From a virus (taxonomy: Duplodnaviria > Heunggongvirae > Uroviricota > Caudoviricetes), in IMG/VR virus record IMGVR_UViG_2896028454_000001, positions 3,450 to 67,449 of that record: a stretch of DNA of 64,000 nucleotides; one strand, written 5' to 3'. The translations under genes and the position numbers were made by a program. A model generated the notes under the pieces. It saw only the letters and a list, made by a program, of their open reading frames with translations, was not told the origin of the DNA and made no database searches. Shown here one piece after another: positions 9,054-17,720 of the stretch. Positions within the stretch are counted from its first letter, which is position 1; each line of letters opens with the position of its first letter.

Positions 9054-9275
9054 GTGGCCGCCCGCACCAGGCCGCGCCCCCGCGCCGCCCGTGTCCGCCG
9101 GTCCTCGTTCACGACCTGCCTCGCGTGCGGGCGCCCCGCCTACTCGTGCCGCCGCGACGCCCGCCGGGCCGCCCGGATTACCCACCCCGACACCCGGCCT
9201 CGCGCGTTCCGGTGCCGGGAGGTGGACGGCCAGGGGTGGCACCACGGCCCCCGCCCTACCCCGCTGAACCCCTGA
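9054..9275 (+). CDS. Small hypothetical Cys-containing protein
   Basis: Fills the gap between 9050 and 9291. CLACGRPAYSCRRD motif. Arg-rich, so it could be a frame artefact. Confidence 0.25.
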   Translation: MAARTRPRPRAARVRRSSFTTCLACGRPAYSCRRDARRAARITHPDTRPRAFRCREVDGQGWHHGPRPTPLNP

Positions 9276-9290
9276 CAGGAGACCACCGCC

Positions 9291-9623
9291 ATGCCCGTCC
9301 TGAACGTCACCCCCGAACTCGCCGCCCAGCTCACTGCCGCCGGGTGGACCCCGCCCCCGGACGTTACGGGGATGCTCGCCCAGGAACTCGACGGCAGGCT
9401 TCTCGGCCACGGGGAGGGCGACACCTCCCCCGTGTACGTGCTGATCGAGCAGCACGGGGCGATGGTCATCGGCGTGGAGAAGGGCGTCTACGACGAGTGT
9501 GCCGCCGCCGGGGATCTGGCCGAGCTGTTCGACGACCGACCGGCCGATGTCCTGTTCACCTCGTACACGGTCCTGACCGCTGAGCAGATCGCCGCCGCCC
9601 GCGCCGCGAAGGACGAGGACTGA
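9291..9623 (+). CDS. Hypothetical protein (110 aa)
   Basis: ORF, balanced acidic composition. Confidence 0.5.
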   Translation: MPVLNVTPELAAQLTAAGWTPPPDVTGMLAQELDGRLLGHGEGDTSPVYVLIEQHGAMVIGVEKGVYDECAAAGDLAELFDDRPADVLFTSYTVLTAEQIAAARAAKDED

Positions 9624-9626
9624 CCT

Positions 9627-10007
9627 GTGGACGCCATTGAGAACGCCGCCCCGTACCCCACCAGCCCCGAAGACGCCACCGCTGACCGGATCATCGCGAA
9701 CCTGGCCGCGACCGCCCAGTTCCACCGGGCCCGCACCCTCGAACTCGAACGCCTCCACCTCACCGACGAGGCCGCGTACCACCAGAGCGCCGAGATCGTG
9801 GTGTGGACCACGACCGCCCTGCACTTCCTCTACGCCCTCCAGCGCGCCGACCCGGCCCGCGCCGACAAGGCCGCCCGCGAGGCGTTCGGAATGTGGAAGA
9901 ACCGGGACCTTCTCGCGTCCCTGCCGGACAACATCCTGCGCCTGCGCGGGTTCGACGCCTACCAGCTGATTCAGGCCGGTATCGCGTCTGTCGATGAGTC
10001 CCTGTAA
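9627..10007 (+). CDS. Hypothetical protein (126 aa)
   Basis: ORF, balanced composition. Confidence 0.5.
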   Translation: MDAIENAAPYPTSPEDATADRIIANLAATAQFHRARTLELERLHLTDEAAYHQSAEIVVWTTTALHFLYALQRADPARADKAAREAFGMWKNRDLLASLPDNILRLRGFDAYQLIQAGIASVDESL

Positions 10008-10086
10008 CCCCCCGTTCCGCCTGCCGTGCCTGCCGGGAACCGACCCCGGGCACGGCAGGCCCCACCCCCCAGAAAGGGACACCCCT

Positions 10087-10491
10087 GTGAGCGACCTGTT
10101 CGACCTCCTCGCCAACGAGTTCCCTGCCCTCCGCCGCGAACGAGAGATCACCGCCGCTGTAGCGAAGGCCACGACCCCCGTCGAGGTTGCCCGTGCCACG
10201 GTCACCATCAACCCGGATGGCACCCGCACCGTGCACCCCAGTGCCGCGCTCACTGTGCCCGCGCTGTTGGACGAGATCGACCGGCTCACCGCCCAGCTGC
10301 CCGCCCGGGATGACAAGTTCGCCGTCTGGTTGAAAACCCAGCGGGACGAGCAGATCACTTGGCCCCAGTGGCGGGCTCTTGACGGGCTGCTCGACCTGTA
10401 CCGGCTCCACGCCGACACCGGAACCCCGCTCGACCAGCACGCGTGCGAACCCCACTGCGCCGACTGCGCCAGCGGGAGCGGCCGTGAGTGA
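10087..10491 (+). CDS. Hypothetical protein
   Basis: GTG start chosen inside track ORF 9994..10491 after a GAAAGGGACACCCCTGTG RBS-like context. Confidence 0.45.
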   Translation: MSDLFDLLANEFPALRREREITAAVAKATTPVEVARATVTINPDGTRTVHPSAALTVPALLDEIDRLTAQLPARDDKFAVWLKTQRDEQITWPQWRALDGLLDLYRLHADTGTPLDQHACEPHCADCASGSGRE

Positions 10492-10744
10492 CACCACCGG
10501 ATGCGGCACCCCCGCCGGGGCCACTCGCCACCGCCGACACAAGACCCCCCTGTGCGACCCGTGCAAAATCGCGGAACGCGCCTACCGGGAGGGGTGGCGG
10601 CGCCGTAGCGGCATCAAACCCCGCCCGGTCAAGGCCGCACCCGGCCCCGCGTGCACCTGCGCCCCGTGCTGCTGCGACCACGGCGGCGACTACTGCCGAC
10701 AGGCCGGATGCCCCGCGTGCTGCCCCGCTGGGAGTGAGAGCTGA
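10484..10744 (+). CDS. Small protein with Cys motif (HRRHKTPLCDPCKIAERAYREGWRRR) and Cys-rich tail
   Basis: GTGAGTGA start/stop overlap with the upstream gene. The motif recurs in four other proteins in the window. Confidence 0.45.
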   Translation: MSDTTGCGTPAGATRHRRHKTPLCDPCKIAERAYREGWRRRSGIKPRPVKAAPGPACTCAPCCCDHGGDYCRQAGCPACCPAGSES

Positions 10745-11262
10745 TGCCCGTGGACACCGCCGCTGAGGCCCGCATGGTGGTCGCCGGGCGGGTCGCGGAC
10801 CCCACCACCCAGGAGGTCACCCCCGCAGAGCTGGAAGCCCTCCGCCCCCTCCTTGACGCCCTGGATCTGCTCCCCCGCCCCGAGACCCCGGACGAAGCCG
10901 AAGCCGAATCCGGGCCCGACACCACTAACCCGGTCAAGGAACCGATCGCCAACCCGGCCAAGGAACCGGCCGCCGTCCGGGACGAGTGCGGAACCCGCAA
11001 CGGCTACCAGCAGCATGTCCAGCTCGGCGAAGAAGCGTGTGAGGACTGCAAGGCAGCCAACCGGATCTACGCCTACGCCTGGTACCAGCGCAACAGGGCC
11101 AACCGCCGGGAGTTGGCCCCGTGCGGGACCGAAGCCGCGTACCAGCGGCACCGGCGGCGACGCGAGGAATGCCGGGAGTGCAAGGACGCGAACGCCCGGG
11201 CGGGCAGGGAGAAGCGGGCACGGCAGAGTGCCCGCCGAGCGCGCGACCGCGCCACCGCATGA
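10744..11262 (+). CDS. Protein with two copies of the G.GY..H...C..C..A..Y motif
   Basis: CGTRNGYQQHVQLGEEACEDCKAANRIYAYAWYQRNRANRR and CGTEAAYQRHRRRREECRECKDANARAGREKRARQ. Confidence 0.5.
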   Translation: MPVDTAAEARMVVAGRVADPTTQEVTPAELEALRPLLDALDLLPRPETPDEAEAESGPDTTNPVKEPIANPAKEPAAVRDECGTRNGYQQHVQLGEEACEDCKAANRIYAYAWYQRNRANRRELAPCGTEAAYQRHRRRREECRECKDANARAGREKRARQSARRARDRATA

Positions 11263-11312
11263 ACCCAGACCGCCCCACCCGAACCCACCCGCCTTTTGGA
11301 GAGGAGGCCCCC

Positions 11313-12107
11313 GTGCGCTTCTACCTCGGAACCCACCAACCCGACTGGCTTCACCACCTCAACCACCGGTGGTTCGAAGCCGACCAGGTCCCCCTGTTCG
11401 TGTCCCACCGCCGCCTCGCCGACCGCCGCACCCTGTTCCCCGCGAACGTCCCGTGGGCCCTCGACAGCGGCGGGTTCACCGAGCTGTCCATGTACGGCCG
11501 GTGGGTAACCACCCCCACGGACTACGCCCACCACGTCCGCCGGTACATGGACGAGATCGGCCGACTGGAGTGGGCCGCCCCGCAGGACTGGATGTGCGAG
11601 CCGGTGATGCTCGCCAAGACCGGCCTCACGGTCGCCCACCACCAGGCGCGCACCCTCGACAACCTGTTGGAGCTGCGCCACCTCGCCCCCGACCTGCCGT
11701 GGGTGCCCGTCCTCCAGGGGTGGGAGCCGGACGACTACCGGCGCCACGCCGACGCCTACCAGTCCGCTGGTGTCGACCTCACCACGGAACCCGTCGTCGG
11801 GTTGGGGTCGGTGTGCCGCCGCCAGTCCACCACCGCCGTGCACAGCCTGGTCGCTGAGCTGGCCGCTGCTGGGCTCCGGTTGCACGGGTTCGGGTTCAAA
11901 ACCCTTGGCCTCCGCAAGGTCGGGCATCTGCTCGCGTCCGCTGACAGCCTCGCTTGGTCGTTGAACGCCCGCCGTCGCCCCGCCATGGCCGAGTGCTTCG
12001 ACGCTCACGAGCACTGCGGGAACTGCCCCCGGTTCGCCACCCGGTGGCGCCGCCAGCTTCTCGACTCCCTCACCCCGCCCCCGGCCCCCTCCGCTTACGC
12101 GGCCTGA
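11313..12107 (+). CDS. tRNA-guanine transglycosylase superfamily protein, DpdA-like
   Basis: DSGGF catalytic-Asp motif (as in the TGT DSGGFQ). VPVLQGW, GLGSVCRR. C-terminal C-x5-H-x-HC-x2-C zinc-site-like motif (CFDAHEHCGNCP). Confidence 0.6.
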   Translation: MRFYLGTHQPDWLHHLNHRWFEADQVPLFVSHRRLADRRTLFPANVPWALDSGGFTELSMYGRWVTTPTDYAHHVRRYMDEIGRLEWAAPQDWMCEPVMLAKTGLTVAHHQARTLDNLLELRHLAPDLPWVPVLQGWEPDDYRRHADAYQSAGVDLTTEPVVGLGSVCRRQSTTAVHSLVAELAAAGLRLHGFGFKTLGLRKVGHLLASADSLAWSLNARRRPAMAECFDAHEHCGNCPRFATRWRRQLLDSLTPPPAPSAYAA

Positions 12108-12123
12108 CCCGAACAGGACCCCC

Positions 12124-12903
12124 ATGGACTCCCTCAGCCTCGCTGACCGCATGAAGACCTACGAGGCCGCCACCCGCCATATCCTCCCCGCCCAGACGTA
12201 CACCGTCGTCCGCGTTGACGGGCGGGCGTTCCACACGTTCCTCCGCCACGCTGACCGGCCGTTCGACGACGCGGTCATGGCCGCCATGGACGCCACCGCC
12301 GTCGCCCTCTGCAAGGACATCAGCGGGGCCCGGTTCGCCTACACCCAGTCGGACGAGGTCAGCGTCATCATGACCGACTTCGGGAACGCTGGCACACAGC
12401 CGTGGTTCGGCGGGGTCGTCCAGAAGATCGCGTCGGTTGCCTCCTCGGTGGCCACCGTGGCGTTCAACGCCGAGTACGGGCACCACTACGACGACGCGAC
12501 CGCCACGTTCGACGCGCGCGTGTTCACGCTCCCCACCGCGGCGGAGGTCGTGAACTACTTCGTGTGGCGGCAGCGCGACGCGGTCCGCAACGCCGTGTCC
12601 ATGGCTGCCCAGGCCGAGTTCTCCCACCGGCAACTCCACGGGGTGAACACCGCCCAGGCCCGCGAACTCCTCCGATCGCGCGGCATCGACTTCGACGCCT
12701 ACCCGGCCGGGGCCCGGTACGGCCGGTTGTGTGCTCGCGCCACCAGCGAACGCACCGTCACCTACACGGACAAGCGCGGGGTTGAGCACACCACCCGGGC
12801 CGTCCGCTCCCACTGGGAGACCATGCCCGCCCCGTCCTTCACCGCCGACCCGGGCGGGGATCTGGCCTCGTCCATCCCCGAGCCCGGCGACCACACCTCC
12901 TGA
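12124..12903 (+). CDS. Thg1-like protein (tRNA-His guanylyltransferase-like 3'-5' nucleotidyltransferase family)
   Basis: VVRVDGRAFH vs Thg1 VVRLDGRNFH. AYTQSDEVSVIM vs AYGQSDEYSFVF. DARVFTLPT...YFVWRQ vs DGRVVVYPS...YLSWRQ. Motifs are collinear with eukaryotic Thg1. Confidence 0.75.
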   Translation: MDSLSLADRMKTYEAATRHILPAQTYTVVRVDGRAFHTFLRHADRPFDDAVMAAMDATAVALCKDISGARFAYTQSDEVSVIMTDFGNAGTQPWFGGVVQKIASVASSVATVAFNAEYGHHYDDATATFDARVFTLPTAAEVVNYFVWRQRDAVRNAVSMAAQAEFSHRQLHGVNTAQARELLRSRGIDFDAYPAGARYGRLCARATSERTVTYTDKRGVEHTTRAVRSHWETMPAPSFTADPGGDLASSIPEPGDHTS

Positions 12904-12916
12904 TCGGAACCCCACG

Positions 12917-13162
12917 TTGGCCGCTTACACCCACCGCACCGTCCACACCATCACCGAGGAATGGGAGGTCCCTGCGGGCCCGTCCGGGGTCCCCATCGGC
13001 GAGTTCAGCCGCGCCCTCACCGCCGCGTCCCGCGTGTACCGGGACACCCACGGCCTAGACCACTACACGGCCTTGCCCGACGACGCCCTGTGGGTAGCCG
13101 GGCGGGAGGACGGGTCTGTGGTGATCAGTTTCCAGGCCCGCACCACGAACACCCTCGACTGA
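12917..13162 (+). CDS. Hypothetical protein (TTG start)
   Basis: Downstream part of track ORF 12731..13162 that does not overlap the Thg1-like gene. Confidence 0.35.
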   Translation: MAAYTHRTVHTITEEWEVPAGPSGVPIGEFSRALTAASRVYRDTHGLDHYTALPDDALWVAGREDGSVVISFQARTTNTLD

Positions 13163-13173
13163 AGGAGGCCCCA

Positions 13174-13485
13174 ATGCCCCACACCCACCCCGTTGACGCG
13201 TTCGGCCACCCCATCCACCCCGGCGACACCATCGTCACCACCGACAAGGGCGCCACCAACACCCCCGGCCTCGTACAGGGAAAGGTCACCCGGTTCACCC
13301 CTTCCGGTGACCTCGTGGAGTTCGAAGTCACCGAGTACGGGGCCGGTGTCTGCTCGACCTGGGGGAGCCCGGTTCGTAAGGCCCAGGTGCGCCGTGTCCA
13401 GGTGATCAAGGCAGCTGCGCAGGCCGCCGAGATCGAACGTGTCCTCGCGGAAGCGGAACAGGCTCTCGCCAGGGGCGTCTCGTGA
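13174..13485 (+). CDS. Hypothetical protein
   Basis: ATG after GGAGGCCCCA. Confidence 0.5.
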   Translation: MPHTHPVDAFGHPIHPGDTIVTTDKGATNTPGLVQGKVTRFTPSGDLVEFEVTEYGAGVCSTWGSPVRKAQVRRVQVIKAAAQAAEIERVLAEAEQALARGVS

Positions 13486-13682
13486 TCCGCCACACCCATG
13501 ACCCGGACACCCGCCCCGGCGACGCCGTGGACCTGCACATCCGCGGGTCTGTCGACCAGGTCGACCACACCGGGCGGCTCCTGGTCCGCTACCCCACCCA
13601 GGGTGGTTCGCACGCGTGGGTGTGGGTGGACCCCGCCCACGCCGGGGTTGGCGTGTCCGTCAGTAAGGAGGGGCCCCGGTGA
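13482..13682 (+). CDS. Hypothetical protein (66 aa)
   Basis: GTGA overlap with the upstream stop. Confidence 0.4.
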   Translation: MIRHTHDPDTRPGDAVDLHIRGSVDQVDHTGRLLVRYPTQGGSHAWVWVDPAHAGVGVSVSKEGPR

Positions 13683-13993
13683 GCCGCCGCAACCATCACC
13701 CCGCCCCGAACGAGCGGTTCGCGTGGGCTGTCCTCGGCCTGGCCGACCCCGCGACCGCCGAACGGGTCGACGCCACCCGCGCCCGCGAGCACGCCCGCGC
13801 CCTGGCCGACCGGGGTTGGGGGACACGGAGCATCGCGAAACGGGCCGGGGTGGGGCGTCGGGCGGTGCAGTCCCTGCTGAACGGGCGCACCGCGAAGGAA
13901 CCGCCATCACACCGGGTGCTGGAGACCACGGAAGCTCTCATTCTCGCGATCGACTTGGAGGAGGCGCCGCCGTGGCAGCAGAACACGTCGTGA
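13679..13993 (+). CDS. Putative HTH DNA-binding protein
   Basis: SIAKRAGVGRRAVQSLLNG helix-turn-helix-like segment. Confidence 0.45.
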   Translation: MSRRNHHPAPNERFAWAVLGLADPATAERVDATRAREHARALADRGWGTRSIAKRAGVGRRAVQSLLNGRTAKEPPSHRVLETTEALILAIDLEEAPPWQQNTS

Positions 13994-14075
13994 CCCTGCT
14001 CGTGCTCGTACTCCTGGCCGCGGCCGTCGTGCTGATGCTCCGCGATCGAGGATGACCGTGTGGCAGGCCGGCGGT

Positions 14076-14351
14076 CTACTCCTCCGGGGTTTTGCGGTTG
14101 GACTGGCCGAGCTTTCGGCCGCGGTTCTTCTTCCGCTGTTCCATCTCGGCGTCGGCCTTGGCGAGTATGGCGCGCTCCTCGGGGGTGCCGTGTTCGGCGA
14201 AGGCGTCGCGGATGAGCTGGTTGAGGTACGCAGATCGGGCGCCTTTGCCGTCTATGCCGGTGACGCGCTTGGCGATGGGGTCGAAGGCTTCCCAGACGTC
14301 GGCGTGTTCGCGGAACTGGCGGGGCTGGTTGGGGTTTTCGTCGGTGGCCAT
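14076..14351 (-). CDS. Putative small DNA-binding regulator (possibly ribbon-helix-helix); candidate binder of the TGTAGCTACA operators
   Basis: Minus-strand ORF with lysine-containing, protein-like composition. Lies immediately beside a triple-operator region and is divergent from the + genes. Confidence 0.5.
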   Translation of the reverse strand: MATDENPNQPRQFREHADVWEAFDPIAKRVTGIDGKGARSAYLNQLIRDAFAEHGTPEERAILAKADAEMEQRKKNRGRKLGQSNRKTPEE

Positions 14352-14372
14352 GGGGTCTCCCTGGGTTCGTTG

Positions 14373-14439
14373 TGTAGCTACACATCATGCCATGCCGGAA
14401 GTTGTGTAGCTACACTTCGTCTGATAAACTGTAGCTACA
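14373..14439. promoter_or_regulatory. Operator cluster 1: three copies of the palindrome TGTAGCTACA (two extended to GTGTAGCTACAC)
   Basis: Read directly at about 14373, 14405 and 14430, separated by CTTCGTCTGATAAAC, in the divergent intergenic region. Confidence 0.55.
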
Positions 14440-14486
14440 GAACATCGGGAGGGGAAGCCCGATGATCCCCACCAGGAAGGCCCACC

Positions 14487-14702
14487 ATGACCGCCACCCT
14501 CGCCGCCCCCGCCACCACCCTCCTCGTCCCCTTCGTCCTGACCGACGACCTTCCCGCTGACCTGGACAGCGACGGCAACGTGGTTTGCCGCGACTGCGGC
14601 ACCACCCTTCACACCACCCGCGCCCTGCTGGCCGTGTGGGTGGACGTGGACGCTGCCACCCACGACACCTACCGGGTGCTGGACACCCACCTGTGCGGGT
14701 GA
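14487..14702 (+). CDS. Hypothetical protein (71 aa)
   Basis: ATG after CCACCAGGAAGGCCCACC RBS context. Confidence 0.45.
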   Translation: MTATLAAPATTLLVPFVLTDDLPADLDSDGNVVCRDCGTTLHTTRALLAVWVDVDAATHDTYRVLDTHLCG

Positions 14703-14777
14703 ACCCCGCCGGGCCGCTCCCGCCCCGCTCCGGGGGCGGCCCCCACTAGACCACCCACCCACCTATCCATCCCGCTC

Positions 14778-15602
14778 ATGGAACGGAACACAGTGACCGA
14801 AACCCAAACCGCGCCGACCCCCGCGCCGAGCGCGAAGACGGCCCGCGACATTAGCGACGCTCTGCGCGAGCACTTCCCCGCTGAACTCGTCGGGAAGCTC
14901 CCCCGGATCACCTGTGGAGCTTGCTCTCAGAACAAAGGGCAGTGCGGTGATCACAGGAAGAAAAAGTGCGACGAGTGCGGCGTTTACACCACGCCCAAGC
15001 ACATTCACATCGACTTCGTCGGGCACGCCGACGTCACCAACCGCCTTCTGGACATCGACCCCGAATGGAATTGGGAGCCGTTCGCCACGGACGAGAACGG
15101 AATGCCCATCCTCGAACACGACCGGGCCGGGAACCCGGTCGGCCTGTGGATCAAGCTCACGGTCGGCGATGTCACCCGCATCGGTTACGGGTCGTGCCCG
15201 TCCGACCAGTTCGAGGCTGTAAAAGTCCTCATTGGTGACGCACTGCGCAACGCCGCTATGCGGTTCGGTGTGGCCCTGAACCTGTGGGCCAAGGGGGAGC
15301 GGCAGGACCCCACCGCAGAGAACGCCATCGCATCCGGCGGTAAGGCTGCCCGCCGTTTGCGCAAGGGCGAAGAGCCCGAACGGGTCACGGACCGGGACTG
15401 GATGTTGGCCATGTTCCAGCAGATCCAGGACGCTCAGAACGACGCGATGCTCATGGTTCTCGAAGGCGAATGCAAGACCAAGTACGACTCCCACGCGCTC
15501 ACGGTGCATGACGCGAAGAGCCTGCGCGCGGAGATCGACAAGCGCCGCCGGATGCTCGCGAAGGCCACCCAGGGTGAGGGGGTGGCTGCTGGTGCGGAGT
15601 AG
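14778..15602 (+). CDS. Putative Rad52-family single-strand annealing protein with an N-terminal zinc ribbon
   Basis: CGACS...CGDHRKKKCDECG zinc ribbon. The segment AAMRFGVALNLWAKG resembles the Rad52/Sak GxGRYLY region. Weak. Confidence 0.4.
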   Translation: MERNTVTETQTAPTPAPSAKTARDISDALREHFPAELVGKLPRITCGACSQNKGQCGDHRKKKCDECGVYTTPKHIHIDFVGHADVTNRLLDIDPEWNWEPFATDENGMPILEHDRAGNPVGLWIKLTVGDVTRIGYGSCPSDQFEAVKVLIGDALRNAAMRFGVALNLWAKGERQDPTAENAIASGGKAARRLRKGEEPERVTDRDWMLAMFQQIQDAQNDAMLMVLEGECKTKYDSHALTVHDAKSLRAEIDKRRRMLAKATQGEGVAAGAE

Positions 15603-16119
15603 TCCCGAGGAGATCCGCGCGGCCGTCCTGGCGTTGCTCAAAGGCGACGTGGAGGGCGAGTACGACAAGGCGCGCGCGGTCGTCGGGGCTGAGCTGATGG
15701 AGGGCGATCGTCACGGGATCGCCCTCCCGGGCCCGGACGGCGAACCGGTGAAGGTCGGCACCGTGCACCGGCCCGAGGACACCACGACGGTCCTGGTGGA
15801 CGAGCGCAAGGCGTTGGCGTGGCTCCAGGAGCACATGCCGCACGAGGTGGCCCCAGCGCCCCGGCCGGGGGCGTTGGAGCGCCTGCAAAAGGAGATCGAG
15901 CGGTACGGCGGCGTGCTGGTCCGCGGGGAGATTGTGCCGGTGGATTGGGCGGAGGTGCAGGTTAAACCTGCGGCGGCGCGGGTGTATCGGCCGACGAAGG
16001 GTGCGCAGAGGGAGGCGGCGAAGGCGGCGGTGTTCACGGCGTTTGAGCGTGGGGACTTGTCGTTGTCGGCGTTGCTGGCTCCGCAGTTGGAGGCGGGGGA
16101 GTCTCCCCCCGAAGTCTGA
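15592..16119 (+). CDS. Hypothetical protein
   Basis: GTG start overlapping the upstream stop. Confidence 0.45.
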   Translation: MRSSPEEIRAAVLALLKGDVEGEYDKARAVVGAELMEGDRHGIALPGPDGEPVKVGTVHRPEDTTTVLVDERKALAWLQEHMPHEVAPAPRPGALERLQKEIERYGGVLVRGEIVPVDWAEVQVKPAAARVYRPTKGAQREAAKAAVFTAFERGDLSLSALLAPQLEAGESPPEV

Positions 16120-16124
16120 TGTTG

Positions 16125-16159
16125 TGTAGCTACAAAACATCTGATAAAGTGTAGCTACA
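16125..16159. promoter_or_regulatory. Operator cluster 2: two TGTAGCTACA palindromes flanking CATCTGATAAAG
   Basis: Same palindrome and the same TCTGATAAA core spacer as cluster 1, upstream of gene 16255. Confidence 0.5.
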
Positions 16160-16254
16160 CAACGAGGAGCACTCTCGAAGTGCGGCGGGGGGCACGCGAC
16201 CCAACCACGACTCGCTCCCCCCGCCACCACCCCCCCGGCCAGGAAGGCACCCCC

Positions 16255-16467
16255 ATGACCACCAACGCCCAGAACACCCCCACGATCTACGACGTCAAGC
16301 CCGGCGACGTCGTCGCCATCATCGGCCACATGGGCGCCGAAACCGTCATCACCGCAACCAAGGCGTTCGAGCACGACAGCGCCATGCACCTCACCGACGA
16401 AACCGGGTGGAAGCACACCCTCTACGAGAACACCCGGTTCCGGTTCGTGCACCGCGCCCACCGCTAA
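16255..16467 (+). CDS. Hypothetical protein (70 aa)
   Basis: ATG after CCAGGAAGGCACCCCC. Confidence 0.45.
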   Translation: MTTNAQNTPTIYDVKPGDVVAIIGHMGAETVITATKAFEHDSAMHLTDETGWKHTLYENTRFRFVHRAHR

Positions 16468-16528
16468 CACCACACCCGGGGCCCCGCCACCGGGGCCCCA
16501 CCCCCTCACCCCCCGAACAGGAAAACCC

Positions 16529-16720
16529 GTGAAGCCGCTCCGCTACCTCGACCCCGACGCCAACAGCATCACCATCGCCCCCGACTACTTCACCCTCGAC
16601 AACGCCCAAGGCGAAGAAGTCGGCGGAGTGCGCACCCCCCAGGGCGCTGACGCTGTCGCGGTTGCCCGCGCGGTCCTGGACGCGGCCGGACTCACCTACC
16701 ACCTCACCATCAACCAGTAA
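16529..16720 (+). CDS. Hypothetical protein (63 aa)
   Basis: ORF, GTG start. Confidence 0.4.
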   Translation: MKPLRYLDPDANSITIAPDYFTLDNAQGEEVGGVRTPQGADAVAVARAVLDAAGLTYHLTINQ

Positions 16721-16732
16721 GGGGACCCCGCT

Positions 16733-17071
16733 GTGAACCTCTCCGACGTCGCCCGAGGCGCCACCTACACCGACACCCGGGGCAACACCTGGCACGCCAC
16801 CCTGACCGGTGACGGAAAACCGGCCCTGATCTCGGCGGGCAACCCGACCCTCCGCCGGTTCGAGGACGTGGAAGACGCGTGGGGCCCGCTGGTCCGGTCC
16901 TCGTTCACCGTCGCGGAGCTGACCGTGATCGCGGAGGCGTTGGCCACCCACCACGACGAGTGCGAACCGTTGGAAGGCGGCCCGGCCGCGACCCTGCGCC
17001 CCCGTGTGCGGTCGCTGCTGAAGCGGGCCAGCCCGGTCGAGCGGATGATCGCCAACACCCGCACCCCCTAA
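16733..17071 (+). CDS. Hypothetical protein (112 aa)
   Basis: ORF, GTG start. Confidence 0.45.
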   Translation: MNLSDVARGATYTDTRGNTWHATLTGDGKPALISAGNPTLRRFEDVEDAWGPLVRSSFTVAELTVIAEALATHHDECEPLEGGPAATLRPRVRSLLKRASPVERMIANTRTP

Positions 17072-17132
17072 CCCCTCGGGGCGGCCCCGCCGCCGGGCCG
17101 CCCCCGCACTCCCTGGAACGGAGCACACCACC

Positions 17133-17525
17133 ATGACCCCCGAACAGCTCACCCGCCAGTACATCGCCGCCTGCCACAAGGCGTACCAGGCATACGACAA
17201 CCGGCACGCCGAACTCCTCGCCGAGTGGGAAGCGAAGGGCTTCACGATCGTCTCCGGCGGCCAGACCGGAGCCGATTCGTGGGAGGTCACTGACTACCGC
17301 ACCGGGAAGGTCATCGCCCGAGGCCAGAACGGATACGACGAGTACCTGGCCGTCTCCGGCCGGGACGGAGCCCGGTGGGTGCACTACGACCACGCCACCG
17401 AGCCCCTGGACGACCACCTCTCCCACCCGCCCCACCCCGAGGATCTGCCGGACTCGCTGTGCGAAGCGCTCGCCCTGTGGGTGGACAACAACCCCGAGGA
17501 CGCCGCCGCGTTCTTGGAGTTCTGA
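17133..17525 (+). CDS. Hypothetical protein (130 aa)
   Basis: ORF, balanced composition. Confidence 0.5.
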   Translation: MTPEQLTRQYIAACHKAYQAYDNRHAELLAEWEAKGFTIVSGGQTGADSWEVTDYRTGKVIARGQNGYDEYLAVSGRDGARWVHYDHATEPLDDHLSHPPHPEDLPDSLCEALALWVDNNPEDAAAFLEF

Positions 17526-17534
17526 GGCACCGCC

Positions 17535-17720
17535 GTGGGGACTCACCGCAAGCCTGAACTTCGGCTGGAAGCCGCGACCCTCCGCGCGACCGGCCGCCAC
17601 CACACCGACCGGCCGTGCAGCCGCCGCCTCCTGGAGGACCTGCGCCGCACCCCGCCCCGCACCCTGTACACCCCCCGCCACGCACGACAGGAGACCACCA
17701 CCGATGACCACCGCCGCTGA
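17535..17720 (+). CDS. Hypothetical small protein
   Basis: Fills an inter-ORF gap. Arg-rich, so it could be an artefact. Confidence 0.25.
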   Translation: MGTHRKPELRLEAATLRATGRHHTDRPCSRRLLEDLRRTPPRTLYTPRHARQETTTDDHRR

